A stretch of DNA of 64,000 nucleotides from the NCBI GenBank assembly GCA_965203565.1, contig OZ241896.1:681707-745706 (forward strand). Reading direction: 5' to 3'. The position numbers were made by a program, and so were the translations under genes. A model generated the notes under the pieces. It worked only from the letters and a program-made list of their open reading frames with translations. It did no database searches and was not told where the DNA came from. Position 1 is the first letter of the stretch, and the number at the start of each line of letters is the position of its first letter. This DNA comes from Vicinamibacterales bacterium. Its GTDB lineage: Bacteria; Acidobacteriota; Vicinamibacteria; Vicinamibacterales; UBA8438. Positions 26,020 to 35,575 of this stretch are shown in pieces.

Positions 26020-28197
26020 ATGCGCGGCATCCTGCGCGGCGGCGTTCGACGTTCGGCGGCCGGCGGCGCGGCGGCGGCGGTCCTGGCGCTCGGCGCAGCG
26101 CCCGCCGCCGGCCAGCAGGCGGGGGAGGGTTTGTACACCGCCGCCCAGGCCGAGGCCGGCCGCGCGGTCTACGAGCGCGAGTGCGCCGTTTGCCATCAGT
26201 CGAACCTGCAGGGCAGCTTCGAAGCGCCGCAGCTTGCGGGCGAAAGCTTCCTGCGGTTCTGGGGCGATTTGACGCCGCGCGACCTGTTCGAGCGGACCCG
26301 CGCCTCGATGCCGCCCGACCGGCGGGGCGCCCTCGGCGACCAGGCGTACCTCGACGTGGTGGCGTACCTCCTCCAGGCGAACGGCGCGCCGGCGGGAAAC
26401 GCCCCGCTGACCGCGGCCGCGGCGGCGCCGATCGGGTCGGCCGCCGCCGGGCCCCCGGCCGACGCGCAAGCCGGGGCCGGCGGCCCGCCCGTTGCGGCGG
26501 CGCCGCCCCCCGCGCCTCCGTCCGGGGAAAGCGGCGTCACCGTGGCCGGCGCGGTGGACCGGTTCCGTCCGGTCACCGACGCGATGCTGCGCGACCCGGA
26601 CCCGGACGACTGGCTGATGATCCGGCGGAACTACGAGGCGTGGAGCTACAGCCCGCTCGACGAGATCGACCGGGACAACGTCGGCGAGCTGGAGATCGCC
26701 TGGATCTGGGCGCTCCCCGAAGGCGGATGGAACGCCCCGTCGCCGATCGCCTACGACGGCGTGATCTACGTCACCGGGATCGGCCCGGTGGTGCAGGCGC
26801 TCGACGCCCGCACCGGCGACCTCGTCTGGGAGTATCGGGTGGGGGTGGCGACGCCCGGCTATTCCGGCTCCAGCCGCAACCTCGCCATCCACGGCGACCA
26901 CCTGCTGCTCGCGACGCCCGACGCCCGGCTGATCGCCCTCGACGCCCGTACCGGCGCGAAGGCGTGGGACACCGTCATCGCCGACCAGGCGGACGGGTTC
27001 CGCAACACGAGCGGGCCGATCGTGGTCCGCGGGACGGTGGTGCAAGGGTTGAGCGGCTGCGACCGGTTCACGCGGGAGAGCTGCTTCATCAGCGGCTACG
27101 ACGCCGAGACGGGGGAGCGGCGCTGGCGGTTCCACACCGTCGCCCGGTCGGACCAGCCCGGCGGCAACACGTGGGCCGGCGTCCCGGATTATCTGCGCGC
27201 CGGCGGCGACACCTGGATCACCGGCAGCTACGACCCCGGCCTCGACCTGGTCTACTTCGGCGTGGCGCAGGCGAAGCCGTGGGCCGCCGTCAGCCGCGGC
27301 ATGACGATGGACGACGCCGGCCTCTACACCAACTCGACCGTCGCCATCCGGCCGGGCGACGGCGAGCTCGCCTGGCATTTCCAGCACGTGCCGGCCGAAA
27401 GCCTCGACCTCGACGAGGTGTACGAGCGGGTGCTGGTCGACGTGGGCGGCCGGAAGGCGGTCTTCAGCGCCGGCAAGCACGGCATCCTCTGGAAGCTCGA
27501 CCGGGAGACCGGCGAGTTCCTCGGCTACAAGGAGACCGTCCACCAGAACGTGTTCGACCGGATCGACCCCGAGACCGGCGCGGTCACTTACCGGCAGGAC
27601 ATCATCGACGCGCGGTTCGAGCAGCTCGTGCCGGCCTGCCCGAGCACCGCCGGCGGCAAGAACTGGCACCCGATGAGCCACCACCCCGGGTCGGGCCTGC
27701 TGATCCTGCCGCTCGCGCAGACCTGCATGGAGATGGCGGTCCGCGAAGTGCCGCTGGAGATCGGGTCGGGCGGCGTCGGCATGCACGCCCGGCCGTTCCA
27801 CGAGATGCCCGGCACGGGCGGCCGGCTCGGCAAGCTGGCGGCGTACGACGCCGAGACGCTGGAGGAGGTCTGGAGCCTGGAGCAGCGGGCGACGTTCCTC
27901 ACCGGCGTCCTCTCGACCGCCGGCGACGTCGCGTTCGTCGGCGACCTCGACCGCCGCTTCCGCGCCTTCGACGTCGAGACCGGCCGGCAGCTCTGGCAGG
28001 CCCGCCTCGGCACCTCGGTCCAGGGTTTCCCTATCACGTTCCGCGCCGGCGGCCGGCAATACGTGGCCGTCTCCACCGGCCTCGGCGGCGGCAGCCCCCG
28101 CCGCGCCCCCGCCGCCCTCGCGCACGACGTGCATCATCCGCAGAGCGGCAACGCGCTGTACGTGTTCAGGCTGCGAGAGGAGTCGGAGACGCGGTAG
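26020..28197 (+). CDS. PQQ-dependent dehydrogenase with N-terminal class-I cytochrome c domain
   Basis: CAVCH heme motif plus downstream MPP. Then [47 protein letters not shown], typical of the methanol/ethanol PQQ propeller family. Confidence 0.85.
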   Translation: MRGILRGGVRRSAAGGAAAAVLALGAAPAAGQQAGEGLYTAAQAEAGRAVYERECAVCHQSNLQGSFEAPQLAGESFLRFWGDLTPRDLFERTRASMPPDRRGALGDQAYLDVVAYLLQANGAPAGNAPLTAAAAAPIGSAAAGPPADAQAGAGGPPVAAAPPPAPPSGESGVTVAGAVDRFRPVTDAMLRDPDPDDWLMIRRNYEAWSYSPLDEIDRDNVGELEIAWIWALPEGGWNAPSPIAYDGVIYVTGIGPVVQALDARTGDLVWEYRVGVATPGYSGSSRNLAIHGDHLLLATPDARLIALDARTGAKAWDTVIADQADGFRNTSGPIVVRGTVVQGLSGCDRFTRESCFISGYDAETGERRWRFHTVARSDQPGGNTWAGVPDYLRAGGDTWITGSYDPGLDLVYFGVAQAKPWAAVSRGMTMDDAGLYTNSTVAIRPGDGELAWHFQHVPAESLDLDEVYERVLVDVGGRKAVFSAGKHGILWKLDRETGEFLGYKETVHQNVFDRIDPETGAVTYRQDIIDARFEQLVPACPSTAGGKNWHPMSHHPGSGLLILPLAQTCMEMAVREVPLEIGSGGVGMHARPFHEMPGTGGRLGKLAAYDAETLEEVWSLEQRATFLTGVLSTAGDVAFVGDLDRRFRAFDVETGRQLWQARLGTSVQGFPITFRAGGRQYVAVSTGLGGGSPRRAPAALAHDVHHPQSGNALYVFRLREESETR

Positions 28198-28269
28198 ACA
28201 GGACAAGCGCCCGGCAGCCCGGTGTGGAACCCCCGCGGGCCGGCAAGCAGGCTGGTAAAGGAGCACGAG

Positions 28270-29328
28270 ATGCGTCATCGCAGAGCCTTCATGGCGGCGG
28301 CTGCGTTCGCGGCGCTGGCGGCCGGCGCCGGCGCGGCGGGGACGGGAGTCGTCGGGGCGCAGTCGCCGCCGGCCGACGCCGGTGACTTCACGGCGCCGCG
28401 GACGCCCTGGGGGGATCCGGACCTGCAGGGCATCTGGAGCACCGGGTACATCGAAACGCCGATGGAGCGTCCCGACGAATACGGGAGCCGGGAGTTTCTG
28501 AGCGACGAAGAGGCGGCGGCCGAGCGCGCGCGGATGCGCGCGCAGCAGGACCACTCGACGGGAGGCTCGCAGCCGACCACGCCGCGGCCGGGCGACACCG
28601 GCACGTACAACACGGCGTTCAGCGGCCGGGGGCGCGACGTCATCCGCACCCGGAGGAACGCGCTGATCGTCGATCCGCCGGCCGCGAAGATCCCGTGGAG
28701 ACCGGGCGTGCGGGAGCAGGTGGCGGCGGAGATTTCAATGGCCGCCAGCGTGCGGGGCAGGTTCCGGCGCGAGGGGACCGACGGCCCGGAGGACCGTCCG
28801 AACGATCGGTGCCGCGGGATGATCCTGCCCCACCGCTTCGGCACGTGGGAAGCCGGGGGCGGCCACCACCGGATCGTGCAGACCCCGGGAGCGGTGACCC
28901 TGTACTACGAGTACGGCCCGCACGGCGGCGCCTACCGGACCATCCCGCTCGACGGCCGCCCGCACCTGCCGGCCCGGATCCGCCAGTGGCTGGGGGACGC
29001 CCGCGGTCGCTGGGACGGCGACACGCTGGCCGTCGAGACCACGAACTTCACCGACCGGACGAGCTTCGAGGGCGCGCGCGGCGAGCTGCGGCTGACCGAA
29101 CGGTTCACGCGCGTCGGGCCGGACTTCATCCTGTACTACGTGACCGTCGAGGACGACACGGTGTTCACGCGCCCCTGGACGATGGAGATCCCGCTCACGC
29201 TGCAGGACGCGCGCGACAACCTGATCTTCGAGTCGGCGTGCCACGAAGGGAACTATGCCCTGACCGGCGTCCTGGCGGGCGCGCGCGCCGACGAGGCCGC
29301 CCGGCGCGGCGAGCCGGGAACGCGGTAG
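28270..29328 (+). CDS. secreted uncharacterised 'ACHEGNY-domain' protein, paralogue 1
   Basis: Signal peptide. Motifs TPWGDPDLQGIW, IVDPP, DRC, RIVQTPGAVTLYYE, IPLDGRPH, WLGDARGRWDGDTLAVETTNF, ESACHEGNY are shared with 45999-47081 and the C-terminal half of 57688-59442. Confidence 0.7.
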   Translation: MRHRRAFMAAAAFAALAAGAGAAGTGVVGAQSPPADAGDFTAPRTPWGDPDLQGIWSTGYIETPMERPDEYGSREFLSDEEAAAERARMRAQQDHSTGGSQPTTPRPGDTGTYNTAFSGRGRDVIRTRRNALIVDPPAAKIPWRPGVREQVAAEISMAASVRGRFRREGTDGPEDRPNDRCRGMILPHRFGTWEAGGGHHRIVQTPGAVTLYYEYGPHGGAYRTIPLDGRPHLPARIRQWLGDARGRWDGDTLAVETTNFTDRTSFEGARGELRLTERFTRVGPDFILYYVTVEDDTVFTRPWTMEIPLTLQDARDNLIFESACHEGNYALTGVLAGARADEAARRGEPGTR

Positions 29329-29384
29329 CCGGCGACGTACCGCTTGCCGGCGCCGGTCACCGCTCGCCGGGCGGGATGCTCGCT

Positions 29385-29408
29385 GCGGCGGGCTGGCCAG
29401 CCCGCCGC
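29385..29408. terminator. perfect 24-bp palindrome GCGGCGGGCTGG/CCAGCCCGCCGC between convergent operons (candidate bidirectional terminator)
   Basis: Read directly. Located in the 129-bp gap between stop 29328 (+) and stop 29458 (-). No U-tract follows. Confidence 0.4.
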
Positions 29409-29457
29409 AACGCTTCCGGCAGCGTACTCGGAAGATGCGGCCATCGGTTCCGAACCG

Positions 29458-31581
29458 TCACGAATCGGGCGCTTCGAACACCCACAGGGTGGCGCCGCGG
29501 TCGGACGGGTTCCGGATCTCCGGCGCCATGATCGAGTAGGCGCCGGTCAGGTATCCGCCGCCGCCGGTGATGGCGGCGACGTACTGCCGGCCGTTCGCTG
29601 CGAAGGTGATCGGCGGCGCGTTCGGAACGTCGTCCAGCCGGGTGGCCCACAGGCGCTCTCCGGTCGCGGCGTCGTACGCGCTCAGCCGCCGGTCGAGCGC
29701 GCCGGCGAACAGCAGACCTCCGGCGGTGACCAGGGCGCCGGTCGTCTGCGGGGCGCGCTGCCGGGCTATCCAGACCGTCTCCTGCGTCTCCAGGTTGACC
29801 GCCTCCACCCGCCCGTAGTTGCCGTCGCTCTCGGGCCGGGGCCGCACCGTCCAGCGGACGCCGGTCGACAGGCTGCCGCGCTCGTCCTCGGCCACCGGCA
29901 CGAGGTCCATGCACGCCTCCACGATCGGGACGTACACGATCTTCGTCTCCGGGTCGTAGGCGGTCGGCGACCAGCTCCGGCCGCCGCCGACGTGCGGGCA
30001 GACCATCTTCGTCTCGCCGTCGCCGGGGATCAGCCGCGGGTCGACGAACTTCTCGCCGGTCACCGGGTCGATCCCGGTGATCCCGTTCTGGAGCCCGAGG
30101 TCGATGGACGAGACGTACCGGCCGGAGCCGGTCTCGACGATGTCGAAGATCGCCTGCTTGCCGGCGGTCACCACCACGCTGGTCGGGACGCCGCCGACCG
30201 GCAGCTCGACGATCTGCCGCTCGAACGCCCAGTCGAGGTCCCACTGGCCGTTCGCCTGGTGCTGGAAGTGCCAGGCCAGCTCGCCCGTGTCCGGACGGAT
30301 GGCGAGCGTGGTGTCGAGATAGAGCGCGTCGTTCGTGATCCCGTCCCGTCCCACCGGGTCGCGGAGCGGGCCGGTGTCGTACGTGTTGCCCGGTCCGAAG
30401 AACGCGAGGTTGCTCGCCGGGTCGTAGCTGCCGGGAATCCAGACCGAGCCGCCGTTGCGGTCCTCGTCGGCGAGTCCGTTCCAACTGTTCCCGCCGGGGG
30501 CGTCCGGGGGCGGGATGGTGCGGAACCGCCAGCGCTCGTCGCCGGTCTCGAGGTCGAGCCCCACGACGTAGTTGCCGCCCGCGGCGCGGCCGGTCGTCCC
30601 GACCATCACCGTGCCGCCGGCCGCCAGGGCGCCGCCGGTCATCCGCATCCGGCTCTCGGGGTCGGCGACCTGCCGCTCCCACTCGACGTCGCCGGTCCGG
30701 ACGTCGAGGGCGACCACGTGCAGGTCGGAGGTCGGCACGTACAGCCGTTCGCCGTAGATCGCCATGCCCCGCTTGAGGCTCGGCGCGACGTCCCGCGGCA
30801 GGCGGCGCGCGTACTCCCAGAGCAGGTCGCCGGCGGCGGCGTCGAGCGCCTGGACCCTGTCGCCGTAGCCGTGCACGAACAGGACGCCGTCGTGCACGAT
30901 CGGCGTCGACTCGTTCGGGCCGGGCGGCAGCGCCCACGACCAGGCGACGCGCAGGCGGCCGACGTTCGACCGGTCGATCCGGTCGAGCGGGCTGTAGCCG
31001 GACGCGTCGTAGGTGCGCCGCCACAGCAGCCAGTCGCCGTCGCCGGGGCGTTTCAGCATCGCGTCGGTCACCGGGCGGATGGCGTCGAGCGGATTCCGCC
31101 GCGCCGGGACCGGCGGCAGGACGACGCCGGCCGAGAGTCCGCCGCCCTGCGACGTCCAGCCGGGCGACAGCATCGCCAGGGCCGCCGGGTCCGACGGCAG
31201 CTCGGCCGGGCCGGCCTCGACGCCGTTCTCCTGAAGCATGAACGCCGTCAGCGCGACGTACGTCTCGTCGCCGAGCGCGCCCGGCCGGTCCTGCGGCATC
31301 GTCGCCGCGGTTTCGGCAAGCAGCGCTTCGACCGGCCGCACGCGCCACTTTTCCCGAAAGGCGATTCCCCGGAGCGGCGGCGCGAACGGGCCGTCGTCGA
31401 GGTTGTCGCCGTGGCACGAGGCGCAGTGCCGCCGGTAGGCGGCCAGCCCGGCGTCGGCCTGCTCGGCGGTGTAAGTCGCCGGCCCCCGCTCCGGCTGCTG
31501 CTGCGCCGGCGCCGGCAGGGGACTGATCCAGACGAGCAGCGCGATAGGAACGGCCGGGATCGTTCGACGGCTCGGTGTCAT
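29458..31581 (-). CDS. PQQ-dependent dehydrogenase with N-terminal cytochrome c domain (second paralogue)
   Basis: Signal MTPSRRTIPAVPIALLVWISPLPAPAQ, CASCH heme motif, PVTDAMLKRPGDGDWLLWRRTYDASGYSPLDRIDRSNVGRLRVAWSW. Its ATG overlaps the stop of GT-C copy 1 as ATGA. Confidence 0.85.
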   Translation of the reverse strand: MTPSRRTIPAVPIALLVWISPLPAPAQQQPERGPATYTAEQADAGLAAYRRHCASCHGDNLDDGPFAPPLRGIAFREKWRVRPVEALLAETAATMPQDRPGALGDETYVALTAFMLQENGVEAGPAELPSDPAALAMLSPGWTSQGGGLSAGVVLPPVPARRNPLDAIRPVTDAMLKRPGDGDWLLWRRTYDASGYSPLDRIDRSNVGRLRVAWSWALPPGPNESTPIVHDGVLFVHGYGDRVQALDAAAGDLLWEYARRLPRDVAPSLKRGMAIYGERLYVPTSDLHVVALDVRTGDVEWERQVADPESRMRMTGGALAAGGTVMVGTTGRAAGGNYVVGLDLETGDERWRFRTIPPPDAPGGNSWNGLADEDRNGGSVWIPGSYDPASNLAFFGPGNTYDTGPLRDPVGRDGITNDALYLDTTLAIRPDTGELAWHFQHQANGQWDLDWAFERQIVELPVGGVPTSVVVTAGKQAIFDIVETGSGRYVSSIDLGLQNGITGIDPVTGEKFVDPRLIPGDGETKMVCPHVGGGRSWSPTAYDPETKIVYVPIVEACMDLVPVAEDERGSLSTGVRWTVRPRPESDGNYGRVEAVNLETQETVWIARQRAPQTTGALVTAGGLLFAGALDRRLSAYDAATGERLWATRLDDVPNAPPITFAANGRQYVAAITGGGGYLTGAYSIMAPEIRNPSDRGATLWVFEAPDS

Positions 31582-33602
31582 GGACGCCTCGCTTCGGCGC
31601 CGATTGCAGGCGCATTGTCGATCCGGATCGTCTCCTCCCACAGAGCGGTCCAGACGTCGCCGTTCTTCTCGGTCTGTCCGGTCCTGACGTGATCGACGGC
31701 GTACTCCGGCAGCCGAACGGCGGCGAGGCACTTCCCGTCGAACAGCGCCTGGGCGGGCAGGTTGAAATCCCGGTTGTCGAAACCGTCTCGAACGTGGTCG
31801 GCGGGCAGGTCGCCCGCGTCCACCGGAACGACGTGCAGGAAGAACCGTGCGCGCGAATCGGCCCGAACGCACGGCGCCCTGGCGTACGTCAGGGCGCCGC
31901 GGGCGGCGTCGAAGCGCACGTCGTAGTACGCTCGAGCCGCCGCCGCGCCCTGCGTCAACGACCGGTACGTCTCGCGGGAGCGATCCAGGTGGAGATCCAC
32001 GCGGGAGTCGTCCAGGAGCGCCGGGTCGAGGCCGTGCAAACTGGCGATCGTGTTGCCGTACACCTTCCTGATCCAGACTCTCGGAGCATGCGTTTCGGGC
32101 GGATTGATCTCCCTCTCGTGGCCGAAGACGAAATCGGAGCGGCCGCGGCACGCTTGCCGATCGGGGTCGGTGAATCTGAACCTGAGCCTCTTTCTTTGCG
32201 CTTCGGAGAGCAGGTGATGATTATTGTGCGATCCTCCCCCCAGGCACAAGCTGGTCGATGGGTGGATTCGCGCCAGATGATGCAGCCCGCCGAGGCGCGC
32301 CGTCTGCCAGTAATCCATCTCGTACTGCGTCCGGAGACGCTCCGGCGTCGTCCTGTCGACGAGGAAATTGAAGTAGACGTTCTGAAGCGGATGGATGCGG
32401 GCCATGACGATCAGGATGCCCGCCGCCGCAACGCCCGCCGCCGCATACGCCCCCCGGCGCGCCCGGGCGGCGTCGCGCGGCGCCAGCAGGCGCAGCCCGG
32501 ACGCCGCCAGCAGCGCGAGCGGCGCGTGCAGGAAATACAGGTGCCGCCACCCGTTGAAGGCGTGCGCGCCCAGCGCCGCCGCGGCGAACGGCGGCGCCGT
32601 CAGACAGGCGGTCAGCAGAAGTTCGAACCGCAGCGGCGTGTTGCGCAGCGCCCGGCCGGGACGCGCGGCGACGCGCCACGCAGCGCCGACGATCCCGACG
32701 CCGCCCAGCAGCAGCGTGAACGGCGGCGTCGTGACCGCCATCCACGTCGGAACGTAACGCCACGGCAGATCGCCCGCGCGAACCAGTCGTCCCTGGAAAA
32801 GTTCCCAGCGATTGGGCGGATGTTCGGAGAGCACCCGGAGCGGCTCGGCGAACTCACGCGGGTCGCTCCACAGGTACGGACTGATCGCGTACAGCGTCGC
32901 GGCCCACGCCGCCCCGAACGCCGCGGTCGTCTTCAGAACGCGCCGCCGGCCGCTCCACTGCGCCGCGCAGAGCAGGTCGCACGCCCGCATGCCCAGCACG
33001 GCGGCGAAGAGCATCACGCCCATGATGCGCAGGTTCGTCAGCACCGCCGTTCCCATCCCCAGGATCACGAACACGCGGACCGTGTTCTTCTCGAACGCCC
33101 GGTGGACCAGATACAGCGCGATCATGAACATCGACAGGAAGGGAACGTCCTTGCTGTTGAAGAACGCGTGGGCGTACAGGCGGGGATGGAGCAGGAACAG
33201 CAGCATGGCAAGGAGAGCGAGCGGCCCGTCGCCGAACAGCCGGCGGGCGAGCAGGAAGCAGGCGAAGCCGCCGCACAGCCAGAACAGGTGGGTGGCGCAG
33301 TAACGCAGCAGATACGCCGTGCGGCGGCTGTCGTCGAGGCCGAGCGCCCGCTCGGCGAGGAGCAGCGGCAGCTCGAACGCCACGCCGTAATACTGGTCGT
33401 AGGCCCTGAGACGATGGCCGCCGCCGACGGACAGTGCGCCGTCGTCGCCCAAGGCGTACTCCAGGTTCGCCGCGGCGATTGACCGCTGTTGTTGCGTGTC
33501 CTCCGAGATGCCGTAGTCGCCCACGACGGCGGCGCCCGCGGCGGCGAAGAGGACGAGGATCGCGACGGCCCAGGTCCGACAGGAAATGCGGGAAATCGTC
33601 AT
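31578..33602 (-). CDS. polytopic GT-C (ArnT/PMT-like) membrane protein with soluble C-terminal domain, array copy 1
   Basis: MTISRISCRTWAVAILVLFAAAG..., YYGVAFELPLLLAER, LFLLHPRLYAHAFFNSKDVPFL, and C-terminal FFLHVVPVDAGDLP...RLPEYAVDHVRTGQ. ATGA overlaps at both ends. Confidence 0.6.
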   Translation of the reverse strand: MTISRISCRTWAVAILVLFAAAGAAVVGDYGISEDTQQQRSIAAANLEYALGDDGALSVGGGHRLRAYDQYYGVAFELPLLLAERALGLDDSRRTAYLLRYCATHLFWLCGGFACFLLARRLFGDGPLALLAMLLFLLHPRLYAHAFFNSKDVPFLSMFMIALYLVHRAFEKNTVRVFVILGMGTAVLTNLRIMGVMLFAAVLGMRACDLLCAAQWSGRRRVLKTTAAFGAAWAATLYAISPYLWSDPREFAEPLRVLSEHPPNRWELFQGRLVRAGDLPWRYVPTWMAVTTPPFTLLLGGVGIVGAAWRVAARPGRALRNTPLRFELLLTACLTAPPFAAAALGAHAFNGWRHLYFLHAPLALLAASGLRLLAPRDAARARRGAYAAAGVAAAGILIVMARIHPLQNVYFNFLVDRTTPERLRTQYEMDYWQTARLGGLHHLARIHPSTSLCLGGGSHNNHHLLSEAQRKRLRFRFTDPDRQACRGRSDFVFGHEREINPPETHAPRVWIRKVYGNTIASLHGLDPALLDDSRVDLHLDRSRETYRSLTQGAAAARAYYDVRFDAARGALTYARAPCVRADSRARFFLHVVPVDAGDLPADHVRDGFDNRDFNLPAQALFDGKCLAAVRLPEYAVDHVRTGQTEKNGDVWTALWEETIRIDNAPAIGAEARRP

Positions 33603-35575
33603 GGCCGCAACGGACGCATCCGGATCGTCTCCTCCCACAGGGCGGTCCAGACGCCGTCCTTTCTCTCGGTCTGTCCGGTCCTGACGTGATCGACGGCGTA
33701 CTCCGGCAACCGAACGGTGATGAGGCACTTCCCGTCGAACAGCGCCTGATCGGGCAGGTTGAAGTCCAGGTTGTCGTACCCGTCTCGAACGCGGTCGCCG
33801 GGGAGGTCGTCCGCGTCCACGGGAACGACGTGCAGAAAGAAACGCGCGGCCATGTCGGTCCGGACGCACGGCGCCCTGGCGTACGTCAGGGCGCCGCGGG
33901 CGGCGTCGAGGTATACGTCGTAGCGCATGCGAGCAGCCGGCGCGCCCTGCGTCAACGACCGGTGCGTCTCGCGGAAGCGATCCAGGTGGAGACCTACGCG
34001 GGAGTCGTCCAGGAGCGTCGGGTTGAGGCCGTACATCCTGACAATCGTGTTGCCGTACACCTTTCTGACCCGGACTTCCGGGACATGCGCCTCCAGCTTG
34101 CGCGCATGCCGCGGAGGAGCGCCGACGACGAAGTCGGCGTGACGGCCGCGGCACGCTCGTCCGGAGCGGATTCTCTTTTTCTGCATTTCGGAAAGAAGCC
34201 CCTGATTACGCCTTCCTCCGGTCACGCACAAATTGGTCGACGGGTAGGTCTGCGCCAGATGACGCAGCGCGCCGAGGCTCGTCGTATCCCAGTAATTCAT
34301 GTCGTACTGCGTCCGAAGACGCTCCGGCGTCGTCCTGTCGACGAGGAAATTGAAGTAGACGTTCTGATACGGATGAATGCGGGCCATGGCGATCAGGATG
34401 CCCGCCGCCGCGACGCCCGCCGCCGCATACGTCCCTCGGCGCGCCCAGGCGGGGTCGCCCGCCGCCAGCAGGCGCAGCCCGGACGCCGCCAGCAGGCAGA
34501 GCGGCGCGTACAGGAAATACAGGTGCCGCCACCCGTGGTAGACGTGCGCGCCCAGCGCCGCCACGGCGAGCGGCGGCGCCGCCAGACAGGCGGCCGTCAG
34601 GCATTCCAGCCGCAGCGTCGTGTTGCGCAGCGCCAGACCGGGACGCGCGGCGCCGCGCCACGCAACGCCGACGACTCCGACGCCGGCCAGCAGCAGCGTG
34701 AACGGCGGCGTCGTGATGGCGACCCACGTCGGAACGTAGCGCCACGGCAGATCGTCCGAATGAATCATCCTGCCCTGAAAGAGTGGCCGGAGAATGGACG
34801 GATGTTCGGAGAGGACCCGGAGCGCCTCGGCGAACTCACGCGGATCGCTCCACAGGTACGGACTGATCGCGTACAGCGTCGCCGCGCCCGCCGCAACGAA
34901 CGCCGCGGTCGTCTTCAGAATGCGCCTGCGCCCGCTCCACTGCGCAGCATGAAGCAGGTCCAGCGCCCGCATGCCCAGCACGGCGGCGACGAGCATCACG
35001 CCCATGATGCGGAGGTTCGTCAGCACCGCCGTTCCCGCCCCCAGGATCACGAACGCGCGGACCGTGTCCTTCTCGAACGCCCGGTGGACCAGGTGCAGCG
35101 CGATCATGAACATCGACAGGAAGGTGACGTCCTTGCTGTTGAAGAACGCGTGGGCGTACAGGCGGGGATGGAGCAGGAACAGCAGCATCGCCAGGAGAGC
35201 GAGCGGCCCGCTTCCGAACAGCCGGCGGGCGAGCAGGAAGCAGGCGAAGCCGCCGCACAGCCAGAACAGGTGGGTGGCGCCGTGGCGGAACAGATGCGCC
35301 GTGCGGCTGTCGTCGAGGCCGAGCGTCCGCTCGGCGAGCAGCAGCGGCAGCTCGAACGCCATGCCGTAGTACCGGTCGTGGGCCCGGGGAAGATTGTGGG
35401 CGGACAGTGCGTCGTCGCGGCCCAGGATGTACTCCAGGTTCGCCGCGGCGATTCGCCGCTGGCGGTCCGCGTCCACCGAGACGCCGTAGTCGCCCACGAC
35501 GGCGGCGCCCGCGGCGGCGAAGAGGACGAGGATCGCGACGGCCCAGGTCCGGCAGGAGATGCGGGAAATCGTCAT
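33599..35575 (-). CDS. GT-C-like membrane protein, array copy 2
   Basis: Paralogue of copy 1 with the same conserved blocks. ATGA overlaps with copies 1 and 3. Confidence 0.6.
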   Translation of the reverse strand: MTISRISCRTWAVAILVLFAAAGAAVVGDYGVSVDADRQRRIAAANLEYILGRDDALSAHNLPRAHDRYYGMAFELPLLLAERTLGLDDSRTAHLFRHGATHLFWLCGGFACFLLARRLFGSGPLALLAMLLFLLHPRLYAHAFFNSKDVTFLSMFMIALHLVHRAFEKDTVRAFVILGAGTAVLTNLRIMGVMLVAAVLGMRALDLLHAAQWSGRRRILKTTAAFVAAGAATLYAISPYLWSDPREFAEALRVLSEHPSILRPLFQGRMIHSDDLPWRYVPTWVAITTPPFTLLLAGVGVVGVAWRGAARPGLALRNTTLRLECLTAACLAAPPLAVAALGAHVYHGWRHLYFLYAPLCLLAASGLRLLAAGDPAWARRGTYAAAGVAAAGILIAMARIHPYQNVYFNFLVDRTTPERLRTQYDMNYWDTTSLGALRHLAQTYPSTNLCVTGGRRNQGLLSEMQKKRIRSGRACRGRHADFVVGAPPRHARKLEAHVPEVRVRKVYGNTIVRMYGLNPTLLDDSRVGLHLDRFRETHRSLTQGAPAARMRYDVYLDAARGALTYARAPCVRTDMAARFFLHVVPVDADDLPGDRVRDGYDNLDFNLPDQALFDGKCLITVRLPEYAVDHVRTGQTERKDGVWTALWEETIRMRPLRP

